A stretch of 64,000 nucleotides of DNA from Fimbriosthenelais zetlandica (taxonomy: Eukaryota), in NCBI GenBank assembly GCA_977030845.1, contig OZ365112.1, forward strand, positions 5,456,001 to 5,520,000, read 5' to 3'. The first letter of the stretch is position 1. Every line of letters begins with the position of its first letter. A program made the position numbers and the translations under genes. A model generated the notes under the pieces. That model had not been told where the DNA came from and did not search any database. It saw nothing but the letters and a program-made list of their open reading frames with translations. Positions 27,951-41,560 of the stretch are shown piece by piece.

Positions 27951-28170
27951 AGCCCGACATCCACTGTACGATCTTTGAGGACATCGATATTTGTGATCAA
28001 AATAAAATCGTTACAGATCATTTCTCAATTGATTTACCATTGAAAAATAGGCGCCGATCCCAAGAATTTGGCATCCACCAGCCCGATCATCGGAACATAT
28101 CTTTTAATTCGCCTGTGATCGCTTAAGATCGCAAAATCGGACTGAAAATCGGGCTGGTAGATGTCGGGCT
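27951..28170. mobile_element. Harbinger-like MITE, family B
   Basis: 220 bp CpG-rich segment bounded by the inverted repeat AGCCCGACATC / GATGTCGGGCT. Flanks TGA / TTA (TWA target with one change). Single copy in the window. Confidence 0.65.
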
Positions 28171-29014
28171 TTAGACACAAAAAGGCGCCAATACTTCGGA
28201 CCAACGCTGCATTTAGCTCGATATGTAATCTTAAAATTTTCAATAATTCAAATGCATTGAGTACAGTTGTTATATATACCATAAATGTAATGTACAAACA
28301 AACCTAAGACAATAGGAAGAGGCCTACTGATATTCAACACACAGTCTGCATCAGGAGGGGTTGGTGAGATACCACAAAAGGCACCAGTGAAGGCAGTACA
28401 TTAGCCTAATGATCCCCATCTCTGATTAGAAACCTAATATTTAGGCCAAGGATTTGTAAGCTTTCCTCTCATAGTTGGTGACTCCTATGTGATGACATAC
28501 ACATGCATCAAAATGACATGTCCTCCATCACCGCTCCAAGCATGTAATCATATCCCCACATGGTCTAAGCAGAACCCTCCTGCCTATCATTTGTCCCCAT
28601 TCCACTGTTCAGGCTTATTTGTCAGTAGCCCCTGTCCAATCTTATTCACTTATCTCCCCAATATATCCGCTACTCCCACACTTTGTCCCACACCACACCC
28701 CAACTCCCACACCATTATGTTCTATTTCATGTAGAAAATGCATCGATTTTTTTGGTGAAGAAATGTTGTTTTAATAAATTTGTAATAAATGTTTGTAAAA
28801 TAAAAAAAAATGTAACAGTGATAAAAGATAATATCATAAGATAAGGCCTTTTATCTTCCATAAATGTTAAATTTACACTTTGTTTGTACCTCCAAATTCT
28901 GTTAAATAATCACTTGCAATACAGAAAAATGGCGGCCATCTTGGAATCTGCTTTAATGCATAATTAACCACATTATACATCCATTACACACAAAAAACTA
29001 ATGAGCATTGTCTG

Positions 29015-29330
29015 ATGCATTCAAGGTTCAATCCGTCTACCCTAACCATTCTGTCAATCCTTGCAGACTTCCGTGAAAATTACTCATCCCTAGGGCCCAC
29101 TGACATTGAACCCCCACAACTCGACCATCGTGTCCTATACAGTCTTCCCTGCCTCGTCAAGGGTGTCAACCCATGCCAGCTACCATCCTTCAACCATAGT
29201 ATGCGACTAACAACCCATACATCCATGGCTTCCCCCTCACCCCGATCTAGATTGTCTTACTCACTTCCATACGTAATTAGGGCATATTACACATCCAAGG
29301 GCTGTAAAGAACTAAGACTGTGCGTTGCAC
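29015..29330 (+). mobile_element. Decayed DIRS1-type YR fragment
   Basis: PSTLTILSILADFRENYSS (cf. PS...IL.FLADL...YSS), LVKGVNP, SLPYVIRAYY. Confidence 0.42.
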
Positions 29331-30389
29331 TGTAAAACATTTGAAATATGACTAACATATGACTAAGGGTAACAGAATAAATGGTGCAGTCCTACCTTGT
29401 TCGGAGGATCGTCGAAAGGTAAATCCCTAACCAAGGGTGCTCTACATACCTGGAAAGAATAAAAGGCAATGTCAATCGTGGGCATTAAGTGGCATTATTT
29501 CAAACATGGAAGGAATCAATGAAAATCATGGATATTGAAATAGTACTTAGAAACTATGAACTAAAGTATTTGCCTCATCAACTCACTCCTTTTTGTTTGG
29601 AACAAAAACCATAAAGGAAGAAGTGCACAGCTAATTACTCGAGATGGAAATTAACACGTTATTGGATAATTGAATAATTATTTCCCCCAAGGTTCATTCC
29701 TGCTAATATTGTATACGTAATCACAGTTCTTAGAGAAAGTAAGGGGGATACTGCCACTCGCGCAAATCAATACCAGACTTGACAATAGGAGGGCAAAGTT
29801 TAATCGCTTTACAAACATTGAGTTTATATTAATCGAAGCATGGATCCGTCAGTCCACGATCAGGTAGCAATTTCTTAGAGGACCAGCTGTGGGGTTCCCA
29901 CACAGTGTTCGTCTCCTGTGAAGGTTGTCAATGAATCAGATTGACACGCTAACAAATGGCCTTATAGAGAGGTATGAGACTGCCTTCACGCTCCACTGAC
30001 GCTAATCAAACCCTTTAACTTCCACTGTCTAACAAAGTAAAGACAGTAATGTTCCCAATCTTCTTTCTCCTGCTGCCTGTATTATGTTGGCCCTCAAGCA
30101 GAAACTGTTGTATGGTACTCATATTATTAATGCAAAATCCAATAGGATTATAATGAAGAGGAATGTTATGATGGTTTTCTTAATAAGTTTTTGGAAATCA
30201 CTAATTTTGTTATACTTCTAGCATTATACTATACCAATTAATAAAATCCATCGAAATTACTTTTGAAAAAGCCCAACATGTCATTTTTTGGGAGATATTA
30301 ATCACTTTAATAAAAGTTTTCCTGGTAACATTGGTTTTACCTTAACCGACTATTCATTAAGTCAATTTAAGAGGAGGATGTATAGCGGT

Positions 30390-30620
30390 GGTCAAATCCA
30401 CCTGGACATAATAACATATGACTGATAAGGCCTGGAAAGCATCTCTATCCTTGTCAAGTGGAAGGCCTTTACAAGGTCATGGACCACAGTAGTAGTAGAT
30501 GCAAATGGGGGTCAGTGAGCAGGATGACCCTGGGTCATGTATCCGACAGCACTGGATCCTGGACACGGCACCAGAAGAGGGATTATACCACCACTGACCA
30601 CCAGGGGTAAGGAAAAGGTG
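30390..30620 (+). mobile_element. Decayed DIRS1-type RNase H start
   Basis: LSSGRPL followed after a frameshift by SWTTVVVDANGG (cf. L..GRPF...W.V.TTDAS..GWG). Confidence 0.42.
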
Positions 30621-31939
30621 ACGGACTGCGAGGGGCTGTAACGGTCAATACCAACATATTGACTGCCTCTGGACACACCTCGAGAGCCAAAATTGGCTTA
30701 AGAAAGGCTGGCAAATAAGATGTATCCAGCCTGATCGTTTTTTTCAGCAGTGTAAATTGATTGCTTGTGAGCTGTCATTGAGAGAAGACATCCTTTGCTC
30801 TGGTCGACCCTTGAGAGGGTCCACCCATCGGTTTTATTTGTAATAAACACGAGTGGACACACTCAAATCCTCCTTATTGTGTTGTTGGCTTTGAAAAGTG
30901 TGGTCAGTCAGGAGGAGTGGGCCGAGTGTGGTTTCTTCTCGGCCCAGTCTTCCTGAGGCAAGGGTGTAAGTAGCTTTGTTGAAGCCCTGGGCTCAGGGAA
31001 GATGCTCCTCCCCAGCCTTCTCTCATCCCACTCACTCATCATTACACATGGTTCGCCTCATTCAATGGAGAACTTCATTAGAATGGTGGTGAATTATCGG
31101 GGATGTGCTGAATGCAGTCTCAACAAAAGACAGACCGAGATTGTCATGCTTGGTTTCCTTCTATACAGAGACCTGGAGCCAATGTTTGACACTGTAAAAA
31201 GGTCCAATACTGTCCCCTAAGTGTCCTATCTTTTTTTCCCAAAGCAGGAAAATCCCGCAATGATTTGAGATAAATTCCTTTGCAAAACTCCGAGGCACCA
31301 ATTTGGAATATTTGGTATGTCTGTTCGTTTTTAGAGTGGAAATGAGGAAATTTGCTGACGGACACGAGCATTTCCATTCAGAACTAGAATAACTTAATAT
31401 ATTCAACAATGTTCTACTTTGAGAATTCACCAAATAAAGGGAAATGAAAAATGGAATGCATTAGTTTCTCCTTTTTGTCAAGCACAAAATACTTGTTGCC
31501 TACATAATGATGTGCTAGACACATTCATAGAGGACATAGCTTAGGGTAGTATTTCCTCTATTACAATCATCACGCTAGGTCTTCCTCACAAACTAAACAC
31601 ATTTCATGTTCAACAACAATGTGTATGGGCCATGAATTATTCTCATCTCTATCGGGTGTAGTCCAATTGGTGCTGAGCACGCAATAAAGCTTTCAATGTC
31701 TCATGTCTCCTCTTCTAGAGTTGGGATGAGGCAGAAGCTAATAATCCCCAAGTCTATTATCATTTAAACGTCTATTGTCACATATGTTATATGAACTGTC
31801 TATCGTGCAGCAAAATATTCAACATGTTCAATTAGTCTTTGTCATCACATGATCGAAAACATATTTATTAGTCCCATTAGTGTCCGAACAAACGTGAATG
31901 TTCAAACGAAACTTTCAATTTTTATCAAAGATAAATGTA

Positions 31940-32620
31940 AAATAGCTATTTTTATAGTTTCGCCCATAGGTACTGGGATATTATAGGGTGATCTGGGCTG
32001 GATGATTAGCTAGCCCCATCAGTTCACCAACTATGGGACTTGAGGGGGAGGTAAATGACTGTGCTGGGCAAGGGGGGAGGTGTCGGTGCAGACAAATCTA
32101 GCCAGTTTATGACAAGTTCACTGCTCCAGTGTGACTAGTATGAGTAGCTGGATGCCTGGTTCAGACACTCTGATCGATCAGGGATGAGCTAGGGTGCTTG
32201 ACTTAGTACTTATGTATAACAGGTCGGGTGACTCTAGCCCTTCCTAAACCCATCCAAGATAGCATGATGTCTCTTGCGAGGTGCAAGGCATTCCATTCTG
32301 AGTATAAAGCTGTGGATGTGAAAATATACTGAATTGGGTCAAATGAAATAGAGACTTTGTCTTCCTCAATACCAATTTTATACATTAAACCAGTCTGGTA
32401 TGAATGGGGTAAGGAATATGAGGAGGTAGGCGATGGAGTGGCCAGACACCATGGCCTGGGAGCATGTTGAAGGGAATCAAGGGTTCTGTTCTCAGCTTTT
32501 GATTCCATGCTTTCTGATTCCTGACAATAGGACCAGCTTCATATTCCATTTCCACCTCTCCTCACGAGCGCTTCCAACCCTCAGGGCACCAAAAAGTTGG
32601 TTTACACTTTCCGAGAGCGC
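31940..32620 (-). mobile_element. Decayed DIRS1-type tyrosine recombinase remnant
   Basis: AWN..LRTEPLIP, IEEDKVSISFDP (cf. FSEDKVTLRPDP), SEWNALHLARDIML (cf. SEFHLNQDIVL), LLYISTK, KSHS. Confidence 0.55.
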
Positions 32621-34809
32621 TATCTATACCCTGTGTCTTCTCATTTCAAATGGTCTCATCTCAGATATCCTGCGCTGAGGTGGTTCTATTGTGAACCCAA
32701 GGTGGCACAGAGTCTACCTCCTTCCCTTGCTCCCTCACTCCATCATAGCTGTTCAATGTAAGGGCAAAAAGTGAAGTAAATACTGCAGAGCACCAATACA
32801 AAAAGGTGTTCTAGCACTTAGAAAGGGAATTTAACCCCGGAGGGGATACTATGTTATAGGGGGAGGGCAGAGAAGAAAAGAGAGGAGGTGTATGGAAAAG
32901 CTTCCCCTATATCTATACCCGACTCCCAGAAGGAAGGGGTAACTGATGCTTCCCATGGGAGTTAGGGAAATGATGGCGAGTAATAGACAGGCACGCCTGC
33001 ATCTTATACAATCTGTTTTTATACTTTTATACTTCTACTCCAGGCTTTCTTCAAAAATCCTATTTTCCTTTTATGGCAAGCAAAGGTTGCGAGTGAAGGG
33101 TGATAGCTTGTGCTGATTTAGAGTCTTAGGGTTGGAAGCCTGTACTTGGAAACGCTGAGAGACTTTGGGATAAACCTAACCTTAAAACATCCCTCTTACG
33201 CCTTAACAGTTGTTATTGCTGGCTCATATAATGGAACAGCAGGGACACATTGAAGTACACTGCAAAACCAGGAGGTAACTTAAAATACACTTCAACTAGT
33301 AGCAATTACGTCTTGCAGTATTATTCTTAAAGCATTATGGTATACCAGTAGGTACCGGTGTACTGAATATTAGCTCATATAATATTAGTTAATGACCTGC
33401 TCACATCTGCTCGGGAAGCAATTATAGTGGTTTTGAACGGATCTGTTTCAGGATAAAGACGTGATAATGTGCCTCACATTGCTCAAGTAGCAAGTAGCAG
33501 AACAGGTTCTAGACACAAATACACGAACTGCTCACATCTGCTCATAAGTAATTATATCTCTCATGAGTACTCCAGCTTCTCCCCAACCTCTTTTTCTTCC
33601 CTTCAACAAGAGTGAAATTTTGCAATTGTTCACAGACGTTAGGTTTAGTGACAGTGGGAGTAGTGACAGTGGGAGGAGTGGCAAGTCAAATCATAGGAGC
33701 AAATTATAAAAGGTTCTCAAGAGGAACTTGGTATTGTTGCTTTCAGTTCTCAGACTGTTCTATGCTGTGAAAGTAGAGAAGGATAGTGTATAAGGTAAGC
33801 AGATGGTGGATGTCAATAAATCTCACATAAAACATCCTGCTGGTAACAACTAGGGCATTCTAAGGGCTGCCTCCTCTATATCCAACAAGCCATGACAGCA
33901 ACAGATGCAAGGTTGGAGCAGTCGTTACATTTATTGTTGTCTATTTATGGTGCTGTGAGTTGCTCGATCTATGAGTGAATTGCTCATCCAAGCTCCTGCC
34001 TCTCAGCCCGCCGATTCCTTGTTCCACTCCCAGAGACGCTCGGAATAGACACAATCTCATCATATGGACTATAGAAAAGCTTGCCCCTCCATAAAAACAC
34101 TCTCTCCATTTATCTTTAATGGTTTTATCACAAAAGGGTTGAGCTAGGAAGTAGAGCAGATACATTTTCAAGCCTAGGAAGGGGGAGACTCTAGTGATGA
34201 GCACTTTCTGTCTCCTTATGGATCCGCTGAATGGAACCTTATAGCATAGCTATGATTTAGAAGCCGTACTTTTATGTTCGGTATTAAAGTATCTAATGAC
34301 ATATCTACTAACTATGTTCCTTGATAACCTGAGTTTCACATGCCTTCACGCAGGTTTAGCTGCAGTTGGGAAGTTTTATAACAGGTGAAACTATTGGGAA
34401 AAAATCCGGATATTGCAAACTAATTAGAATGAAATGTTGTCCTACAATCAAGGCAATATGGAGTACCTCAGCCCAGGACTTTGACCAGATGTCCCCCTAA
34501 CAACCCATCAATTAAGTTTTTTCTCTCACAAAGTTCCAGAATTTGCTGATCCAGAGCAAATCTTTTAATCGGCGTTGCTCGTTCGAGCCATGATCAATTA
34601 ACTTTAAAGCCCCCAATTCTATATTTGCAAATTAAAGCCTTCACGAAATGAATATGGAATTTTTCCCGGCGTTTGGCTATTGGTAAACACAGTAATAACG
34701 AGTCTGGTTATTGTCCCCAGAAAATATCCCCCAACCCGACTACGGCCGGGGGGCTGCTTGAATGCTGCATAATTGCTTCTGCCTTTTATAAAATTAATAG
34801 GTGATGTAA

Positions 34810-35620
34810 TTTATGATTCAGTGGACGAGGGCCTGCAAGTGATTCAAGTCTGCCATACTGGAGGCGAGGATTTATCATCTTCTGAACAAGAGCCTTGAAG
34901 AGTAGGCTTCTATATGGAGATGTTCTATAGCTGACGAGCAGTCTATCTTAACTGAGCCACATCCCCTCAATCCAATGCAATTCATACATAAATTATTATA
35001 TCATTGCATAGAAGATGTGCTCAAAAATATAGTATATGGATCGTAAAATGTGAAAAGCTTTTCATAAAATTTGCGACCAGCAGCTCGGGAAGAGGTTTGA
35101 CTGGACAATTGCATAGGATTGACACTAGTTGATGGACGATTAGTGTTGTATACAATACGATCTGTAAACTGCTCGGATGTGTTCTATTTATAGTAAGAGC
35201 ACAATGAAGAGTCAACAATGCCAGGAAGATGCATGGTTTTAATAAAAACGCCCTGGAGGGGATAAAGGGTAAAGTGTATGGTGAAGACTGGAGGGTAATG
35301 GGATTATCCCACACTCTACTACATGGGTATTGGATAAACTTCCAGTGAAACCAGTTGAGGAAATGAAGTTATTTAGATATTAAAAGGTTGCCTATATACC
35401 TTTGTCAAGTAAATCTCATTTACAATAACTCGGAAGAATAATCCGTTTCAGATTGGGAAAAAGACTCTATTACTAGATAATATAAAAATGGCATTAATTT
35501 CTGAGGATGCACCACTGGCCCAATTCTCTGGTGGGTTGAGTAAATGATGAGTACAACTGGGTTTGTATTGTGATTGATGATGGAGTGATGGTAAAACGTG
35601 GACAGTCCATTAGCCATCCT
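34810..35620 (-). mobile_element. Decayed DIRS1-type YR remnant (possible MT end upstream)
   Basis: WDNPITLQS...PFIP, FLLKPCIFLALLT (cf. LxLKTVFLLALAT), CNCPVKPL (cf. LCPVRAL), IEAYSSR (two substitutions from IxAHSTR). Confidence 0.58.
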
Positions 35621-36810
35621 CTTTACAGATGTTCACCATTGCCTTTCGCGGAATTATTGCTTCTTGAATATCAATCCATCATATTTTTGGTCTTCAGAAT
35701 GAAAAGCAACACCGCTCGAGTGCACAGGACGAGATATTATATATTCCTCGCTTGCAGCTTGGGATTTGTTGATTAAATGCTATTGTAGCCTACTGCGATT
35801 CTTATTCAAATGACATATAGTCTGTGAAAAGTCATACATCATTTTTGAAGGTAGAGGGGGAATGTGCTCATTTTCAGACAAGGGGGAGATAGGGGGACAT
35901 GCAAATGAGGGCAATAAAGCTGTCATGAATTGGCCCCCAGGAGCGATCATAAGCCAAAGCTAAGCTGCTCTATAGCAATTGGATGCAAATGAATCCATCA
36001 TATTTCCACACCAGTGAAATTTCTACCAGGAAGGTATATTTTTTGAGATAACACTAACTGTTGATGCATGGGCTATATGTACGGTGGGGACATAGAAAGG
36101 TGCGAGTGATGAGTGAATGGGCATTTTGTATACATTAGCCCTCACCAAAATTAGCTCTATCTTGTGTCAGCTTGAGAATGATTCATGGGGGTAAAGAGTG
36201 TGAGAGTGAGATATGGAGTAAGGATAAGGAGCGAGGAGCTTAGGAAACTAACACAAACATATAGCCACCTCCATATATAATAGCCCCAAGTTAATTGCTC
36301 TTTAACATCATGAGGTTTTCAACAAAAATATCGTATTACAAAATTATAATCTTTTTAATAGGAATCTGTTGGTCAGTTCAATGACCTTTACTTGTTATAT
36401 GCCATTAACATTGACTTACAGTAAGTCCATTAAAAATCTATTCAATTCTGTTGAGCAATACAGTTCACTCATCTTGGGTGCACTTTCTGGTGAACCCAAC
36501 TAAGTAAGCTTTTCACACCCAATACCACTCAGCAAATCACACCTTCTTCTAGAATTTCTCCTGACACATGTTTACCTTGCCTACACTTTTTATGAGTGAT
36601 CTATTATTCAGGTATCTATTTCCTGGCATTTCCCACTCCCTCTCTTACAACACTTCTCCCTCTTGGCTGCGTTCCCAATAGTAGTCGGCTTGTCAATCTC
36701 CAAAGCGACCCCACCCCGTATGCCACATTCATTTCCTTACCAAATTGTATATCATTGTTTTGATGAATAATAGAACTACTAGGTACAAACATGGCAGTTT
36801 CTTCATCAAA

Positions 36811-36869
36811 CCCAAATGAATACCAAATCCCAAATGATATACCACAAACCCAAATGATATACCACAACA
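36811..36869 (+). repeat. 20 bp tandem repeat (about 3 copies)
   Basis: CAAACCCAAATGATATACCA units. Confidence 0.85.
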
Positions 36870-37045
36870 TTCAAATTTTCTGCCATGAGATTTGTTTGTT
36901 TCAACTTGAACGGAAACAATATCTCCCCTGGTAAAAGATCACAAATTGAACAGGGGCTGCTTTTCCAATTTTGATAAATCTTTAAAAGCATCCTCCCCGT
37001 TCATCAGTGGATCCTAATACACGACCATGTAAGGTGAAGACGCAC

Positions 37046-37052
<7 letters not shown>

Positions 37053-37112
<60 letters not shown>
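37053..37112 (+). repeat. (AG)30 perfect microsatellite
   Basis: 60 bp uninterrupted AG repeat. Confidence 0.98.
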
Positions 37113-37117
<5 letters not shown>

Positions 37118-37149
37118 ATGAGAATGGTGGGACGGGGGGTGGTATTCGG

Positions 37150-37670
37150 CCTAGATGATCTCTTGTCTCCCAACCTCTCTCTTCAATGTAATCTCTCTCG
37201 AATAGATCTCAACTCTCAGCTTGATCAAAATTAAACAATCCAGTCTAATCTCTTCCAGTTGTACAAAGTTCTCTCCACAGAGATTTCTATTCCATCGGTA
37301 ATCGATTTTTATTATCTTTGAGGGTTATAATACAAGCTTCTCTGTAGCCGAGCTTTCCCTTTCTCACAAATTAAAGATATCAGTCGGATTCAAGAACACC
37401 TTAATTAAAAACACGGATTTCTATAAGTAAGATTGTTTGGATCTGGTTGAAACTTTCAATTAATAATAGCATCTGAGACATTTCGGCATAACAAAATTTT
37501 GGGAATATTTATGGTAGATTATACGATGCAGACAAGTGAGTCTGGCAAAAGGTGCATGTACTAGTACATGAAATGTAAGATCAATGATATCCCCATGTGA
37601 TATTAGCCTCATAAAATTCCTTGGCAAGTCTTTTACACAAGGTGTAATGCACTCGTCTATTAGATTCAAT
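37150..37670 (-). mobile_element. Decayed DIRS1-type RT thumb / RNase H fragment
   Basis: RNFMRLIS...PFARL (cf. RQFMRLLG...VPFARL). Downstream WN...NFVQLEEIRL resembles W...HINVLELRAI. Confidence 0.45.
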
Positions 37671-38074
37671 TTGATCCTGACTATGGGTAGGCCTACACAT
37701 AAAATGAAAGGGATTTTTAGTTAATGTAGGGAAAGGGACATCGATATGTCTGCAAAGTTTCGGATCGAAATGACGTATCTATATGATCACACAAGAAAGA
37801 TCAGACGGTTTCAAAGCTTGAAATGTTTGGAAAGAGACCATGCAGAATGTGTCAAAGAGTTTGACAACACTGAGAATGTAATATGCTTAGTCATCTAAAT
37901 TGCAGGTATTATGGCCATCTTTCATTATCTTGTCTTGTTGTATTCGGAAGTGTAAGGAACACATCAACCCGTGTTTTTTGTATTAGTATGACGTGTGATT
38001 GTGATGGGTACTACAGCCAGGCTGAATATAGTGCTTTCACGAAATGACATCCTGAGACAATGCTCTGTAATCTA

Positions 38075-38190
38075 TCTCGTCACGCGGTCACGTCACTTCC
38101 GCTTTGCCTGCCACGCCCTCTGTGCTTCCCTTTTGTAATCAAACATTTACCCACAGCGCCATCTATGGGGAGATGGAGGTCTCATTGGAT
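38075..38190. promoter_or_regulatory. Promoter/insulator-like motif cluster
   Basis: GTCACGTCACTTCCG (CRE-like plus ETS), CCACGCCC (Sp/KLF), CAGCGCCATCTATGGGGA (CTCF-like on the minus strand, 38154-38171) and ATTGG. Confidence 0.45.
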
Positions 38191-39349
38191 GCCCGTGTAA
38201 CAATGACAACGCTGGGCTTCCAATCTACATGTGCCATTTTTCGCCACCCCCAGATGTGTTATAGAAACTGGTAGTTAAGCAACTGTCGTTGCTTCCTTTC
38301 CCTCCACATTAAATTTTCATGCCAAACACGGCATATCCAATTGATAAATGGCTGACCGCGACCAGCTTCCCTCCCATTTGACAAGATTGCGTCTGGGATA
38401 TCTATAGTATGTCCCTATCCCATCTTCCTCCCCCAATCTCCCATCGCCGAGTGAGGCTAGGTGTAGGCAACATGAAACCACTGGTGGAATCGATATTCAA
38501 ATATCAACGTCAATTTAGCCTATTATGAGAAGGGCCTCTCCAGCAACTGAATCCACCGTAGCAAATCTGCTGTATTAAAAGACACAGTGCCTATCAGCGC
38601 AAGATAATCCGAGGAATCTAGTGGTGGATGGGCTGAAGCATCAGTAGTAAATGCGATCCATAATCTCCATTTTTATAGCTGAGACCGCAGAAAGTGGCTG
38701 GGTGAATGTATGGGTATCAATCACTGATCATTAAGCGCGGCCAGGAAGGCTTTTTAGCTGATACCTCTGTCTTTTTTGAATTCCAGGGTGTCAGGGCTGA
38801 TATACTGGGCCATTCAGCCGCCATGGGATCCCCACATCGCCAAGGGCTTATATATAGATGTGTACGGGATTTCCCTCGTATCCAATCAATTAAGCTGTAC
38901 TTGCTAATTGTTTTTGTTGAAAAACAGGGGGTAAGCAATTGATATCAGATTCACTCGTATGTCTAATGTTACTTATATTTCAAATAACTTAGTTTTGTGA
39001 AATTAATTTACTATAATATACTAAAGAGGAAATAGGGGGCCATCAGTCATCTGGTGATAGATATTGTTGTTACAAAAGCAATAACAGAGATGAGCCCTGT
39101 TAAGGGAATTACATACTAATTACAATTAACATATAATATTTGAATGTCATTGCCTTTTCCTGTAACACTCTTGCTCATATACAAATTCCATGCAGTTGAA
39201 CAAGATGTAAAATATTTCATCAATTCTCCTTCAGAAGATCGCCTGCTGTGCAACCTTTTGTGAAATTTAATGAATATGCTTTGTTTGGAATCAAATGGAC
39301 AAATTCCTTTGAAACAAGACCTGATTGAAATTTCTCAGATGAAAAAGGT

Positions 39350-40740
39350 TTTTTCCTGCTTTACGTGCGGCCATTTTGCCTGCGGCATTGTGGGAAGTGT
39401 TCCTTTTGACTACCTTATGGGCCTTTGTTTTTGAATTGTGCCTTTCACTCTAACAGAGTAGTGTATGGAGATGGTAAAGTTTCACAGGCAGCGTGCGACA
39501 GCAGATAATGTCAGGGATTTAAGAAAAGCTCAGGAACCATCAATCCATTGAACAATGGTTTGAAATAACACTTTTTCTACATCCCCTACGCATGAGTAAA
39601 ATGCATTTTAAGAGGAGACATAAAAGCAGGGGTTGTATATGAATAAATGGGCGATGAAATGCCTTCCTCATTGCACCCCATAATGATGTTTCTTTTAATT
39701 ACCCTCATTCACTAATTGCCTGATAGAATTACCCTATAGTCATTCAGCAGATACAATCTAAACTACGTCCCATTGGCTCAATGGAGAATTCCCACTAATG
39801 ATGAAGCTCCTCCCCTAACTAGCCACTTGGCTTAGTTTGTACTGGCAGAGATAAGACTAGATCTAATTAAAGAAATTAGCTGAATTAATTTTTCATCTAA
39901 ATGGAAGGACATTACTAAACAGACCTCTAAGCTTGTTGAGCTTTGCTTCAGCAAAAACCGAGCGAAACAGGACTGGGAATAAGTACCGATATACCATTCA
40001 TGTTTTAGATTTTCAGATCCAATTGTTCCTGGCAATTACTTAACATCACAATGACTGACTGATACTCATGGTCAAACAAGTTCGTCCTATTTCAAAGCCA
40101 TCTACATGTATTTCAACATCTTCATGATTACCAACGACACAAGGGCAGATCCGGGGCAGTCAAATTAAGACATGCACATATTTCGCTCAGGCCATTTTAG
40201 GGAAGCACACATAAAGATTTAACAAGTTTTCTGCCCTCTCTGACTTCTTGTCTTTAGGACCTGGGTGAAGTTTCTTTGCAGCCAGCGATAAGCATAAAAC
40301 CCTTGCCATTTTCCCGAGAGACGCTGGTCAGCCCCCCGTCTGTGAAAGTGACCGTTTGACTGACCATTGAGGCCATGTCAGGCCGAAATTGGCCTCCCGG
40401 TGATACATCCACCCGGAGCACCAGGTGATTACTACATACTTGTAATTCCTCCAGCATGCAGTCCACGCCCTGGAGGCGCATCAAAGTTGACTGCAGTAGT
40501 CTCCAGTGCCCAATGGCTGAGCTATATCTGAGTACAGGCCATGCACGGACTGACGTCCAAAAACCCTCAGGGCTTTTTCTTCAGTTGCTATGACCGTTTC
40601 ACTACCTGGTCATACATATGTAACACCCCGGCCATCTATTCCATCTTTAGCAGGCCATCAGTGCTATTCATGGTAACATTCCACTTATGATTTCCACCAT
40701 AGAGTGAGCCCTGGGGTCCCGGGAGACGGCCATTTTGTTG
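39350..40740 (-). mobile_element. Decayed DIRS1-type element, RH-MT-YR
   Basis: SHWAL, GADQRLSGKWQGFYAY....FTQVLK (MT: VDALS..W..LYAFPP...QVL.K), VMSFHLDEKLIQL, DVV/RLYL, QTIVQWI (cf. QTISRWI), KAHKVVK. Confidence 0.58.
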
Positions 40741-40999
40741 AAAGCTAGCAGGGGCATCAGGTGCTACGGGCTAGGGGTAATTTCTAGCTTGCTGAATACT
40801 AATAGGACAAGGTCTTTTGTTGAAACAGATAACTTGAGCTCCAGGCACCATGAAGGTGTTGATCTTGGAAAGTTTGAACAAACGTGAAGAGGCAATCTGT
40901 TTCAATAGTATTTTTGTTCAGGTCACTTGGGAGGACAATATATAAATGGTATCCTTGGTCAAACTACACCATTACCCAAACAAAAGTGTAAGAGATTTA

Positions 41000-41560
41000 A
41001 ATTAATGTGACCTAAATCTTAGGTGAAATCAGTCTCATGTTATATAAAATCAGCAATCCATATTGGACACATGTAATATCTTCTCCATGGAGAAAAATGT
41101 CATTTAAATTTGATCTTATATCGAAACCAACCCTTATCCCACAGTGGAATTGTACAGAAGCTCGTAGCAATTACATTGTTAATCACGAAATTGAAATAAA
41201 CTTGTCCCTTAAGAACACCTTAAACATATAGATGGAATTGAAAAATATATAATAGACACTGAAATCAAGTTCTATGCCTTAATAATACAGGAACAATATC
41301 TATATCTTTTCAATGAAAAAACCGATATGTTATTGTATGGTTAATCTAGAGGATAATTGGAGAAATCCTGCACCACACAGAATAGCGAACAATCAAGCAG
41401 CGATATAGCCTTTCCTCATAAAGTAGACCAAAAAATCATACCTACACAGTGGGTCATAATAATAAAAGAATCATTGCTGAAATAAATACGTTTCTATATC
41501 AAATCTCGTCAAGAAGACTAAACTGAAAGTTAATATACAGGATGTTGGCAATTGAAAATA
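41000..41560 (+). mobile_element. L1/Tx1-like LINE ORF2 C-terminal fragment
   Basis: AT-rich. KISNPYWTHVISSPWRKM (cf. ISNPFWKxVLxAW), PQWN, GIEKYIID and KTKLK resemble the post-RT region of Tx1-type ORF2. Confidence 0.45.

Noticed and set aside
28925-28950. AAAATGGCGGCCATCTTGG double YY1-like motif as a promoter
   Set aside because: Isolated motif in an AT-rich repeat-like remnant. Such words are common in DNA-transposon debris.
36982-37234. ORFs with SLSL / ERER runs
   Set aside because: Artefacts of the (AG)30 microsatellite.
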